Positions 51,629 through 64,000 of a stretch of DNA of 64,000 nucleotides are shown one piece after another. The position numbers and the translations under genes were made by a program. A model generated the notes under the pieces. It ran no database searches, was not told where the DNA came from, and was given only the letters and a program-made list of their open reading frames with translations. The stretch's first letter is position 1; every line of letters starts with the position of its first letter. The stretch comes from Octopus vulgaris (lineage: Eukaryota), in assembly GCA_951406725.2 (NCBI GenBank), contig OX597814.1, forward strand, positions 42,346,001-42,410,000. The letters are read 5' to 3'.

Positions 51629-53138
51629 ATTGCCCCACTGAACTCATCTCCCTATACCTCGACCGCATCCTGTCCCCCTTAGTCGCAGCCCTCCCATCCC
51701 ACATACACGACACCAACCACGCCCTCCGTCTCTTCAATTCCTTTTCCTTCCCTTCCAGCCCCTCACACCTCCTCTTCACCTTAGATGTAAAATCCCTGTA
51801 CACAGTGATTCCCCACAATGACGGTCTCCTAGCCCTCCAACACTTCCTCGACCGTCGTCCCGACCCCACACCCAGCACCCCCACCCTTCTCCGTTTGGCT
51901 GAGCTCGTCCTCACCCTCAATTGCTTCACGTTCGCCGGGGAAACGTACCAACAGGTGTCCGGGGTCGCGATGGGAACTAGGATGGGCCCCAATTTCGCCA
52001 ATCTCTTTCTTGGCTACATTGAGGCCCAAGTGTTCTCCCAGTTCTCTGGGCCGACCCCCGAACTATACGGTCGCTATATCGACGACTGCGTAGGTGCCAC
52101 CTCCCTTTCCCGTGAACTTCTCTGCCAATTCATCTCTTTCCTTTCCAACTTTCACCCCTCTCTTCAATTCACCTCCACCATCTCCAACACCTCTGTCAAC
52201 TTCCTTGACATCTCTCTCCGCATCGATCACCCCTCCAGCTCTCTCACCACCACCGCCTTCTTTAAACCTACGGATTCCCACCTCTCTCTCAACTTCTCTT
52301 CCTCCCACCCCTTCCACACCAAACGAGCCATCCCCTACTCCCAGTTCCTCCGCCTCCGACGTTTGTGCAGCCGCGACCAGGATTTCGAGACCCAATCTCA
52401 ATACCTGGCCCGCATGTTCAGACTCCGAGGTTACCCACCCACACTCCTCTCTGATGCCCTCACCGGCGCCCGTCGCATCGACCGCACTACCGCCCTGTCT
52501 CCTTCCCCCCGCCCACCCCCCAACCGCACCCCCTTCCCCCTCCTTTTCCACCCCTCTACCCTACTCCTTCGTCGCAAGATACTACGTGCATTCCATCGCC
52601 TCCAGCTTGATCCCACCACCCGCCCCATTTTCCCTAACCCACCCCTGTCCTCTTTCAAACGAGCCCGCAATCTGCGTGACCTCCTAGTCCACAGCACCCT
52701 CTCTCCTTCCCCCTCAGCCCCACACGGATCATTCCCTTGCTCTAGATCCCGCTGCAACACTTGCCCCTTCATCACCAACACCACCGCTGTCACCGGCTCC
52801 AACCTGCATACTGTACGCATTAGGCACTCTTTTACGTGAACCTCGTCTGGCCTTATTTACTGCATTAAATGCAACCTATGCGGGATGCTGTATGTAGGTC
52901 AGACGGGACGCCGGTTGTCCGACCGTTTCACTGAACACTTGAGGGACGTTCGCCTACACTCTTTTTCTCCCGTCGCACGCCACTTCCGCTCGGCCGGCCA
53001 TTCCCGAGATGACATCTCAGTGTTTGGTTTCGCCCCCACAATGGTCGCCCACTTTCCAGGCTCCACTTGGAGCAACGCTACATCTTCACCCTACAAACTA
53101 CCACCCCACACGGACTTAACACAGCCCCCTCCTCTTGA
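51628..53138 (+). pseudogene. PLE RT + GIY-YIG with one in-frame TGA and one frameshift
   Basis: DVKSLYTVIP, GVAMG, RYIDD, NFLD, FKPT, CSRSRCNTC; TGA at 52837-52839 then TSSGLIYCIKCNLCGMLYVGQTG in frame; after a shift near 53040, RLHLEQRYIFTLQTTTPHGLN. Confidence 0.88.
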
Positions 53139-53372
53139 GATCGGTTTTTTTTTTTTTTTTCGGACACACCACCCACACCCACCCACCCACCTACCTCCCA
53201 CACGCCTGTTCACACACACACATACGTAGACCCATCTACGTACATACATTCACACATTTACAGACACACATGCACATACACACACACATACATACATACA
53301 CACACGCATACATACTTACACACACACACACACACAGACATACATACACACATACACACACACATACATACG

Positions 53373-53404
<32 letters not shown>

Positions 53405-55963
53405 CATACACACACACACACATGCACACATACATGTAGGCACATACATACATACATACCCACACATGCACACCCGTACACTGAATGCACACACACATAC
53501 ACCTTTTTGCATCCAGGCAGCCCCCCTCTTTTCTGCTTTCCGGTTTTGGCTGATGGATCCTCGGTTCCCGCGTAGCGGGGCGTTCGAGGGCCTTTGCGCT
53601 CGCGCGCCTTGGCGCGCGCTGGGGCTCGGTCGGCCCCTTTGGGCTTGCGTTGTACTGCTTGTGCGTTGTGTGCGTGAGCGCGCTCGTGTGTGTGGGCTTG
53701 CTTCGGATGTGCGCATGCGTATGTTTGCATACATACCCACACACTCGCATGCATCCCTACCCACATACATACACGCACACCTACTCACACACACACATAC
53801 ACACACACATACCCGCACACACACACACATACATACATACACACACATACCCACTTCAGACATACACACACACAGACATACACCCATACACTCACACTCA
53901 CACGCATACACACACACACATACACACGCACACGTACACATACACACACACACACCTACATACATACATTACACTTGTATACACACACACTTACATTCAT
54001 ACACACACACACCTACACAGCCATACCCTCACTCAGACACACACATCTACCTACACACACACAAACACACACTGACACACACCCATACATACATACATCT
54101 ACACACTCACGCCTACACACATACATACACACATACATAAACACACACACATACACATACACACACATACGCACACACGCATATACTTATACACATGCAC
54201 ACACACATACATACATACACCCATATACATACACACACACATACCTACATTCTCCTATACGCACATACATACACACAGACATACACACATACACACTCAC
54301 AAAAACATACACACACACATACTTACACACACACTCACCTGCACGCGCACACACATGCATGACAAACACCCATACACTCACACTCACATACGCACACACC
54401 AACATAAACACGCACACGCACACACACACCTACACTCCCACACACATACACACGCACCTACATACACACACGCACGCATACACACGCATACACACACACA
54501 TTACACATGTACACACACACCTACATACACATGCATACACACACACACACAAACATGCACGGACACACCCAGACATACATACACACACCTATATACACAC
54601 GCCCACACACCTACATACACACACATATACACACGCCCACACAGCTACATACACACACATACATACACACATACACGGGCACACCCATACATACTTACAT
54701 ACATACACCTATACACACACGCCTACACACCTACACACACACATGCATACACACACACATGTACGCACATACACACACATATACGCACATACATATATAC
54801 CCACACACATGCACACACACACACATACGCACATACATGCACGCATGCACACGCGCACACCTACACGCATACACACACACACACGCACGTACACATACAT
54901 ACATACACACACGCATACATACACCCATACACATACATGCATCCTACACACACATACATACACACTTACACATACATACACACACACGCACTCACTCACA
55001 CACCTGTATGATCGCGCACACACATGCACATACACACACTTCCCCACACCCACACGTACAAACATACACACTCATACACATACACACACACACACACACA
55101 CGGACATACATCTATGCACACACATACATACACACATACTCACATACATTCATCGGACACACTGCCACCCAGACATACACACAGACACACTCACACATCC
55201 ACACACACACATACGTACGCGCACACTCGCAGGCGCGCGCACACAGCGCTTGCGCCGGTTCGCGCACGCATGCGCCCCGGATTCACCTCGCCCTTGGACC
55301 CGACGAGACCTCCCGCCCGTTCCTGGGATGTCGCTTGTCGTTGGGTTTTCCCACGCCCGTCTCCGCGGGACCACTCTTCCCATCTTCCCCTCCGCTGGAG
55401 TCCTTTTCCTTAACCCCCCCTTTTTCGTTACACACACGCGCACACATATACACACATTGCTTAAACATATACATTACTCTTACACACATTCAATCTACTC
55501 GCCATTAATACTACCACGACACTGGACACACACACACACTACTACCCAACACACGCTGGCACGCTACATACGCCCCCACCCCTTCCCCTCCCTCCCTTCC
55601 TCCTTCCTCCCTTTTCTTACTACTGACCTTTGTCTGCTATGCTGCTGCTATGCTGACCACCGTCTCGGCCTACCTCACACGCCTACACACAGACGCACAC
55701 ACTAACACATACATATATTTTTTGTTTTTTTATCTCGCCTCACACACACACATACACACACGCACACGCACACACTCACACATACACACACATCTGTTGC
55801 GTTACCAACCTTGTCTCCACTCTTTTGCCTTTAAAAACCCACTTTGCTCTTGTTATCGTAAACATCCGCCTTTCACCATGTGTAACTCCTAACACCAGTC
55901 GTTTTTTTCTCTATCTCCGTGGCCCGCTCTGGGATCTTTCTTTCCTCTCTCTTCCTTCTTTAT

Positions 55964-55998
55964 GTTTCCGACGAAGAGCTCCGCTCGAAACGTCATAC
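55964..55998 (+). ncRNA. Minimal hammerhead-like motif at the PLE 3' end
   Basis: gttt-CCGACGA-a-gagc(tcc)gctc-GAAA-c-GTC-atac; stem I has one mismatch; palindromic acgt. Confidence 0.55.
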
Positions 55999-56083
55999 CT
56001 CCCTGCTTCCATTTCCTGAGCGCCTATTAATAATAATACTGTAATTCTTCCATTGTTGTTGTTTTTTGTTTCCAGTTTGGATT

Positions 56084-56122
<39 letters not shown>

Positions 56123-58577
56123 TGTATGCATGTATATATATATACATATGTATGTATGTGCGTATGTTGATGTATATGTACATGTGTTCATGCATGCATG
56201 TATACTTATATATACATATATACATACATATATTTACACACACGCGCGCACACACACACAGACACAAACACACACACGCATGTATATATATATAGGGAGA
56301 GAGAGAGAGAAAGTGAGAGGGAGAGAGAGAAAGACAAGTACCAACATTCCATATAGCAGGCTAGTTATTTATTGAGAGATATCTCACTACATGAAACCAG
56401 TGGTAACATTTTTCACCCGCAAAAAAATAATATTTATCTATCAATGCAGTGCTGAGCACACATTCTCAGTGTTCGATATTAACGTACACGTATATCTGTG
56501 CGCGCGCGCTTATGTGAATGTGTGAGTGTGTGTGTATACATGCATATATAAGAAGTTCACATGTACAGCATACGTACAGCGCTACTCCAATTTTTCCTTA
56601 TGGCTTAATACGTAAACAATTCAGTCTTATATGGAAGCAACACGCTATGTGCTTAAACATAATGTTTGTAAATGAATGCTGGCAGATATTATGGAATATT
56701 TCCCTATAATCTGAGTGCTATATCAAACCAGATAGTACATGAAACGGGAGATGAAACAGAAAATTATAACCATCCTGTGTTGTGCAAAATAATAGAAAGA
56801 TATTTAGGAAAACAACGCCGAACCAAACTCTTCAAGGCAAATATATTAATCCCAGAGATAATATTCGCATTATTTTAGTCCAGAAAACCATATATTTATT
56901 TTAACAAACATAAACTTTAATATATTTTGTTAGATAGAAAATAAAAATATATTTTGAAATATTGTCTGTGCTTTTGTTGAAATGTAAGCATTTAATAATC
57001 ATTTCTTTCTATTAATAAATAATACTAATTTTATTAAGGAATAAGAACATTTATTGTTGGATCGTTTTCATCTATTTAGAAAGTTGCTATGAACGTATTT
57101 CAAAATCTAGACATTTAAATCAAATAAACCCCTTAATGAAAATCGAAGAATTCGAACGGGTTCTTTTGTTTCCTTGCATGATATTTACAAAGAATTTCTA
57201 AAGAGGTCTTTTCAATGTTTTTTTTACGGTCAAAATCTAATTTTGTTATGAAATATTTTATCCATCATGAGATACATCCTATTATTCATTGCTGAAAGGA
57301 ATCACATATTGAACTAACTCCATTTATTTGGCTCTAATCTATAATTATATAAACTATATGTTGAGTATGCTTGTGTTTTATACACTCCGTTATCCTTTTC
57401 TAAGATCGTTAAAATGTCAATATTATGAACAACCTCTATTCAAGCAGTAAAGATGTTCAGAATTTTCTCACAAAATCAAATTAAAATTGATTTTGCCGTA
57501 CGCATTAAGAGATTTCATTCATTTCTCTTTTATATATATTTGTATTACTTCACATGTATTATACTACTTATTGAATTAAAGTATGAATACTAAGAACTAA
57601 AAAATTTTGCTTATTCCCTGTAGGTCAGAAAATTCGCACACATAGTTACATTGAGGGAATTGCGTTTAAATATGCATAAAAAACATTACTCATCATCGGA
57701 TTCTATGCCATCACTTAATATTGTAAATCGTTTCTTTATGGACAAAGTGTATCGAAGCTTTCTTTGAATGAATGCCGCATGATAGTTTACAAATCTGTCA
57801 CGAACAGTAAATATCCCCCGATATAAAACAAGTTAGCATATCATAAGTGATGAATTGGATATCGTAAATTAAATATGGTGATTAACGTAGATTTTTTTTT
57901 AAAAATTAAATATCAAAATATTTTGACTAAATCTATTTCCAATCTATACCAGGGAATCGTAAGAGAGCGTTTTTTATACTTCCCAAATATGGCAGAAAAG
58001 GTTTGTAAGATGGATTTGTAAGGATTTGTATTAATTAAAATACATTTAAGCGTTATATTCAACATTGTAAATGTAGTTTGTGTGTTAAAAGCAGTTTGAC
58101 GCATAAAAGTTAAAGATGAATAATTAACTTACTGTCAAACACCTCCTTGATCGTCATGCAATCCAATCAATGCTAGGGACTAAAAAGTTAAATTCGGAAT
58201 TTAATTATCAGTTCATAATTTATATCAAGTTTCTGAAGCAGCTTCTTAACATTAGATATTCTTCACATTAGATGCAGCAACATCTAATACATAATGTGCA
58301 AATTATGTCACATATAAAGCTTATAATAATAAAACAAAGATATCATTAACATTAATGCATGTACATTGATATTCTGTGAGAATACATTACATAACCTAAA
58401 ATATGTTTATGAAATTTAAGAAAATTTTATTCGATCAAAAATAAATGCATTGTCCGTAAACATAAATAAATATAAACTGCTCACTATAGTACTGGAGAAA
58501 ATATACATAAGCACGAACACACAGATATATATATATTTGTGCGTGTGTAAATATATATATATATATATGTGCTTACA

Positions 58578-58629
<52 letters not shown>

Positions 58630-58645
58630 AATGTAAGTAATTACA

Positions 58646-59714
58646 TATTGGTTCATCCCATAAATAATGTGGTTTTTAATACATATTTTATTTTTAAAAA
58701 TCAAGATAGAGTTCCTTTTAAATCTAAAATATACTCTCCTTCATTTTCTACGATGCTCTTCCATCTATGTAGTAGACTTGCAATGCCTCACTTCTAAAAT
58801 GTACTTCTCTTTTACGATAAATACTCCGCCAGTGCTGTTTTGAAGTTGTCTAGAATATTTACATTATTTCCCGCCATATGATTTTGAAGACTGAGGAATA
58901 AACGATAATCAGATGGGGAAATGTACTGCGCATATTGTGGGTGGGACATAATTTCTAATTGAGACTGCTCTAGCCTTTGGAATATCATCCTTGCTGCATG
59001 TAACCGAGCATTATCCTGATGGAAGAACACCTTTTGTCTTGAAAACAGAGACGGTCGTTTTTCTTCTAGCGCTGACTTAAGCTGTTAAAGCTGCATGCAG
59101 TAGATCTCCTGTGTTGTCGCTTTGTTTGACTTTAAATGTTCAAAGTGGACTAAACCTATCATATCCCAGAAAACAGATAGCGACATATAACGAGGGTGAA
59201 GACATTTAGCCTGGTGTGCCGGTGTTTCTCTTTTCCCTACCCACTGTATTCGGCGCTTGACCTTTTTATACAGAACCCATTTATCGTCACCAGTTACTAT
59301 TCGGTCCAAAAATGGTTCATTCCTGAGACGTGACAGCAGAGAAGAGCACTCATTTATTCTCTGTGCGCGATTAGACTCGCAAAGTTTGTGTGGAGGATAT
59401 TGACCCAATTTGCTGAATTTTCCACTACAAATCATCCACTACGAGGCTCGTTTTCTAGGCTGCAGGTCCAGACTTGGAGTTTCTGGAGCCACCGTTGACA
59501 CTGGCTTACGCATATTGTCCGATCTCCATAAACTGCATTTTTGCCTTGTTGCCTTTCTTGAACTCATAAAGGAAAATGTGTCGAATATGCCTCTTTGTCA
59601 CTTTCATTATAGCCTTGAAAGATAATGCTTAAAATCGAACTATAATCTTCAAAATTTCCTTTAAGAATATGGACAATTAAAAAAAAAACGCATTATGTAT
59701 GGGATGACCCAATA
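58646..59714 (-). mobile_element. Mariner transposon with TIRs, internally deleted and frameshifted
   Basis: TIRs tattggttcatcccataaataatg / cattatgtatgggatgacccaata; FLDRIVTGDDKWVLY, FHQDNARLH, HPQYAQYISPSDYRLF. Confidence 0.9.
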
Positions 59715-59740
59715 TATACTTATATATATATTGCAGATGC

Positions 59741-60117
59741 TGGCGTGGCTGTGAGGCTAGAATCTTCCTTTCAATCCACATATGTCAGAGTTTACTACCA
59801 CTGAGTGCTACCTTCGACAAATGCCTGCTACTATAGCCTCGGACAGACCAAATCCTTGTAACTGAATTTGGTAGACAGAAACCGAAAGAAATCTGTCGTA
59901 TATATATATAAGTCTGTGTGCCTTAGATGCTGTATTTGTGCCCCTATCACTGCTTATTGCTGTGTTTACGTATCCTTAACTGAGTTATTCGGTATGAGTG
60001 AATATCAGAATAAGTACTAGGTTTAAAAAAATGATTCTTGATATCCGCATGTTCGAAGAAAATCCTTCAAGACTGTGCAAGAAGACATTCAAATTACTGA
60101 AACAAGCAAAAGAATAA
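59741..60117 (+). mobile_element. SINE family C, diverged copy
   Basis: ctactatagcctcgg...gaccaaatccttgt...tttggtagacagaaaccgaaagaa...agaataagtactagg. Confidence 0.7.
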
Positions 60118-60503
60118 AATATTACACACACACACATACATAGATACATACATATATATATGCGTGTGTGTGTGCATGTGTATGTCAACCCCTGTACATA
60201 TCTTTAAATTGTAGTATTGATTCTATCAGCCTACTTTTGGAAACAGGTATGTTACGGAGATGTAAACACGATTTCTGCTATTGGTCACCTTGGGACTACA
60301 GTAGAAATTACGCAAGCCATGCCTAAGCCGTATATATATATATAGTAATATATGTGTGTGTTGGTTCATTTGTTTGTGTATGTCTGTTTGTGTGTGTGCG
60401 AGTGTTTGGATAACGAGGTGGAGCGTTATATATATATAGGCACACACAGATGCATATACACATATATATACATATATATATAAATTATATGTATGTATGT
60501 ATG

Positions 60504-60563
<60 letters not shown>

Positions 60564-60702
60564 TATATAAACAAACATATGTATGTATATAGGTATACAC
60601 ATATGGGTAGAGGACGTGACAAAACGAAAACTACATGAAATGTTCGGTACGCAAAGAAAGGGAGAAACAAATGGAAAGCAAGACAAGTAATATGTGTGTG
60701 TG

Positions 60703-60782
<80 letters not shown>

Positions 60783-61960
60783 TAGATAGATAGATAGATA
60801 GATATATAGATATATAGATAGATAGATAGATATATAAATAGATAGATAGATATATAGATAGATAAATAGATAGATAAATAGATAGATAAACAGAGTGATA
60901 TATGTTGCTGCATATGTGTATTTATATATATACGTGCAGGTGCACACAAGCATGTGGGTGAGTGTGATATTTGCGAGTGCTCTGTGTGTGTTTTTACATA
61001 CCTTATTCTCTTTAATATAAACGTGTAGATGAAATTTTTTTATGCAATATAGCAACGAATTTTAATAGTTACGTAATACGATTACAGCGAAGAAAGCAGA
61101 ATATTCTTGAATAATCGAAAGTGAACATTGGCAGAAATGAATTATTTACAAAAGTATTAACAGAGAAAAGAAAATGGCAAACAGTTATTCGTTGTTTGTA
61201 TTGCATTTTGCTGATGAGTGAAATTCCTTTTAAATCTTTTTTTTTTTTAACTGTTGATTGATTGACACTATGCCTTAATCGCATAAATGCAGAATGTGTC
61301 CGCGTAGTCGCATTGCAGCTTAATGTATTTAATTCCCTCAATTAATCATATCGCTATTTAGACTCTTCGCAAGATTTTCATATTTCAACTTCATTTATCA
61401 TCTGCGAATTCTGGAAAACAGGAGATTTGTTCAAGAAAAATTGCAATCTGTCATTCTGATCTGATTAATTTATTGAGCATAATGATTTGATTCCATCTTA
61501 GACTGAAAAATCCTATTCATTTGCATGCTTTTCAAACAGGTTCAATACTCTATTCATATTAAATATTTTCGTTTCACTTCAGCCAGATAACACGGGATAT
61601 TTACAGCTAAATATTTAGCTGCACAATTTAGTGTAATTGCCTATAAAGTTTTTCTCTTTATAAGCTTAGGTTGTAGATTTAAACCTTGCATAAATCTGGA
61701 TTTGTTTAAGAAAATATTACATTCCACTGTTCTCCGTTTCATAAAACCATTTTAACATTTTAAACCATTCGAAAATTTCTCTTTATATCGCTATAATTTA
61801 ATATATATCGTTGTTGGCGCAGCGATAGCCAGATAGTCGAGATGCATGTTCGGTATAATTATGACAGAATAGAATTTGATAGGTGGAAAATACATGTGCA
61901 GAAGTCTGCCGTATTATATGTATGTCCACCTCTATCCCATTGAGCTTGATTTTCATTTTA

Positions 61961-62207
61961 TCAGTGACCGACCAGTCTGTCATATGTTGCTACACATCGT
62001 TGGTCACAATGCGCTTCGCATTGTTTTAGTCTTCAAATGACGTCACCCCGCTGGCTAAGTGAGCAGGCCAGCAGAAGAAAGATTGAAAGAAAGTTGTGGC
62101 GAAAGATTGCAGCAGGTATCGCCACCACCCCCTGCCGGAACTTCGTGGAGCTTTAGGTGTTTTCGCTGAATAAACACTGATAACGGTCTGGGAATCGAAA
62201 CCGCGAT
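61961..62207 (-). mobile_element. SINE family B, 5'-truncated copy
   Basis: Reverse complement of ~16748-17000. Confidence 0.85.
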
Positions 62208-62442
62208 TGTCTCCCGTAACAATTGATTATCCTTTCTTAGTTTCAATAAGGAAAACAGTTATATTTCTTTAAAATTTCCACTGAACTAAGTTCGTGGTAA
62301 TTTTATGACTTACTGGAATGTTTCAGCTTACCTTTTTTTTTGCAGATATATTATATTATATATTCCTTTACGTATTCATTCCTGTTCGTCAGTGGTTTAA
62401 ATTATTTTCCTTTTATTACAATATATATATATATATATATAT

Positions 62443-62787
62443 TGTGAAGGCGCATGGCTCAGTGGTTAGAGCGTCGAGCTTACGATCGTGAGGTTGTGAG
62501 CTCGAATCCCGGACCGGGCTGCGTGTTGTGTTCTTGAGCAAGGCACTTTATTTCACGTTGCTCCAGTTCACTCAGCTGTAGAAATGAGTTGCGACGTCAC
62601 TGGTGCCAAGCTGTATCGACCTTTGTCTTTCCCATGGATAACACTGGTGGCGTGGAGAGGGGGAGGCTGGTATGCATGGGCGACTGCTGGTCTTCCATAA
62701 ACAACCTTGCCCGGACTTGTGTCTAGGAGGGTAACTTTCTAGGTGCAATCCCATGGTCATTCATGACCGAAGGGGGTCTTTACCCTT
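62443..62787 (+). mobile_element. tRNA-derived SINE family A, full length
   Basis: A box tggctcagtgg, B-box-like gctcgaatcc, body shared with the 5328 and 8095 copies. Confidence 0.9.
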
Positions 62788-63733
62788 ATATTGTTCTTCA
62801 TAATACTTTTTGTCGAAGAACATTCGTAGAAGTTTTTTCCAAAAGATCATTTGTCATGTTTTGGAAATGTTGGGAATTTAATTACATATTTCAAAAGTTT
62901 CCTTAATTTTACATGTGCTTTCAGTTTGACACATTCCTTGGTTTTATGGACCAGTAGCTTGAATATTTTCGGTTGTGTTTGCAACTCCCACTCCATAAAA
63001 AACGTATATTCTTTCGTTTTCAAGTAATTTTATCCTAAATTGCTAGTCGATATTTTGTAAAGTGTAACTCCAGTTCCTGACATGTCCATAATTATTGTTA
63101 TATAATGCTGTCATATTATGTTCGTATGTTGTCATAAAAAAAAACACATGCCGTTAGATTTGACGCTCAATTGTGCATTCTTATTGTTATTGTTTTCAAG
63201 TGTTTTAATGTATTTGAGATTATTGCAGTATGAATTATTGAATGATTGTCCATTTTTGATTAAGGTTGCATATGACAGGTTATGGGTTGTCGCCCTTTGA
63301 TTATTACTTTATCTGATTTATAAATTATTAAGGAGGAGTTATAAACCCTTTGTCAAGTTCTGCATATTAAAAATATTTATGGCTTTATTTTAGTTTTCTT
63401 GAATTCTGTTCCGTTAATATCTTCAAAGTTCTATGACCGCTCTTCGAATTTTTGATTTCGTTTCTTCTTTATGTTTATTGATTTCCTACATTTGAAATAT
63501 TTTTTCTCCTATCATTTCATTTGCTCTTTCGGTAATTTTCTTTTGGTCACACTTTTCAATTTGACATTTTTAGATATAATTTATGTACTTCAGGTCATAC
63601 TATGTGATTTCCGCTTCCAAGTTTTGAACTGCACTTTGTAGTCCGAACATCTTACTGCATAATTGCTCCAGACTCACATACAAATTATTATATTTCCATT
63701 GCGTGTCATTGTCTTTCTTTAAAATGAAATTCA

Positions 63734-63798
63734 GCCTGGAATCGAACTCAGAATCTTATGGTTAGTAGCCTGCGCTCTTAACCACTACGCCATATGCC
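63734..63798 (-). mobile_element. Isolated tRNA-like SINE head
   Basis: Minus strand ggcatatggcgtagtggttaagagcgcaggctactaaccataagattctgagttcgattccaggc has A and B boxes but no proper acceptor stem. Confidence 0.55.
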
Positions 63799-64000
63799 CG
63801 TGGGCATAATCGCGTGAAAGCGTTACCGACGGGCTAAGTAACGCAATGAGAAGCAGAATTGTTATAAGATCGTCCACACTACATGACAATTAACTTAGAT
63901 TCTCGAGAAGGATGAAGAGAATAGTTAACTTAGGCGAATAATAACTCAGAACTTAAAATGCCGTATTCATATACCAGTCTAGATAGTTCTTGTCTCTATA

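Larger units (their letters stand above)
51628..56088 (+). mobile_element. Second Neptune-type PLE (C-rich family), 5'-truncated, with ~2.9-kb CA-rich 3' region, flanked by (TA)n
   Basis: RT-GIY-YIG at 51628-53138, HHR-like motif near the 3' end, (TA)n on both sides. Confidence 0.8.

Noticed and set aside
53258-55705. Long His/Thr-rich and Cys/Val-rich ORFs (including the 671-aa ORF at 53690)
   Set aside because: Translations of degenerate (CA)n, which lacks stop codons in several frames; no domain signal
62443-62520. tRNA genes here and at 8095, 16709 and 63734
   Set aside because: A/B boxes are present but acceptor stems are absent, and most continue into shared SINE bodies

Overview
AT-rich, microsatellite-saturated animal DNA with no recognisable host exon. 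The SINE families and repeat landscape suggest a cephalopod, probably Octopus (inference). The window is a patchwork of mobile elements: several Penelope-like retroelements (PLEs; Neptune-type RT + Cys linker + GIY-YIG), relics of RTE, CR1-group and R4/Dong LINEs, mariner/Tc1 and non-autonomous Helitron elements, and four SINE families. The most notable structure is at 38.1-38.9 kb: a non-coding 360-nt tandem unit delimited by a type I hammerhead ribozyme (HHR) on a ~45-nt rod, i.e. a candidate circRNA-forming retrozyme. It carries a PLE-style 5' inversion and sits in a (TA)n tract about 60 bp from a young Neptune PLE with an uninterrupted ORF, a 1.3-kb inverted repeat and its own HHRs. About ten intact or decayed HHR motifs occur across the window, several sharing non-canonical core features (CCGANGA, U·U closing stem II). 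All pairings and alignments were done by eye.
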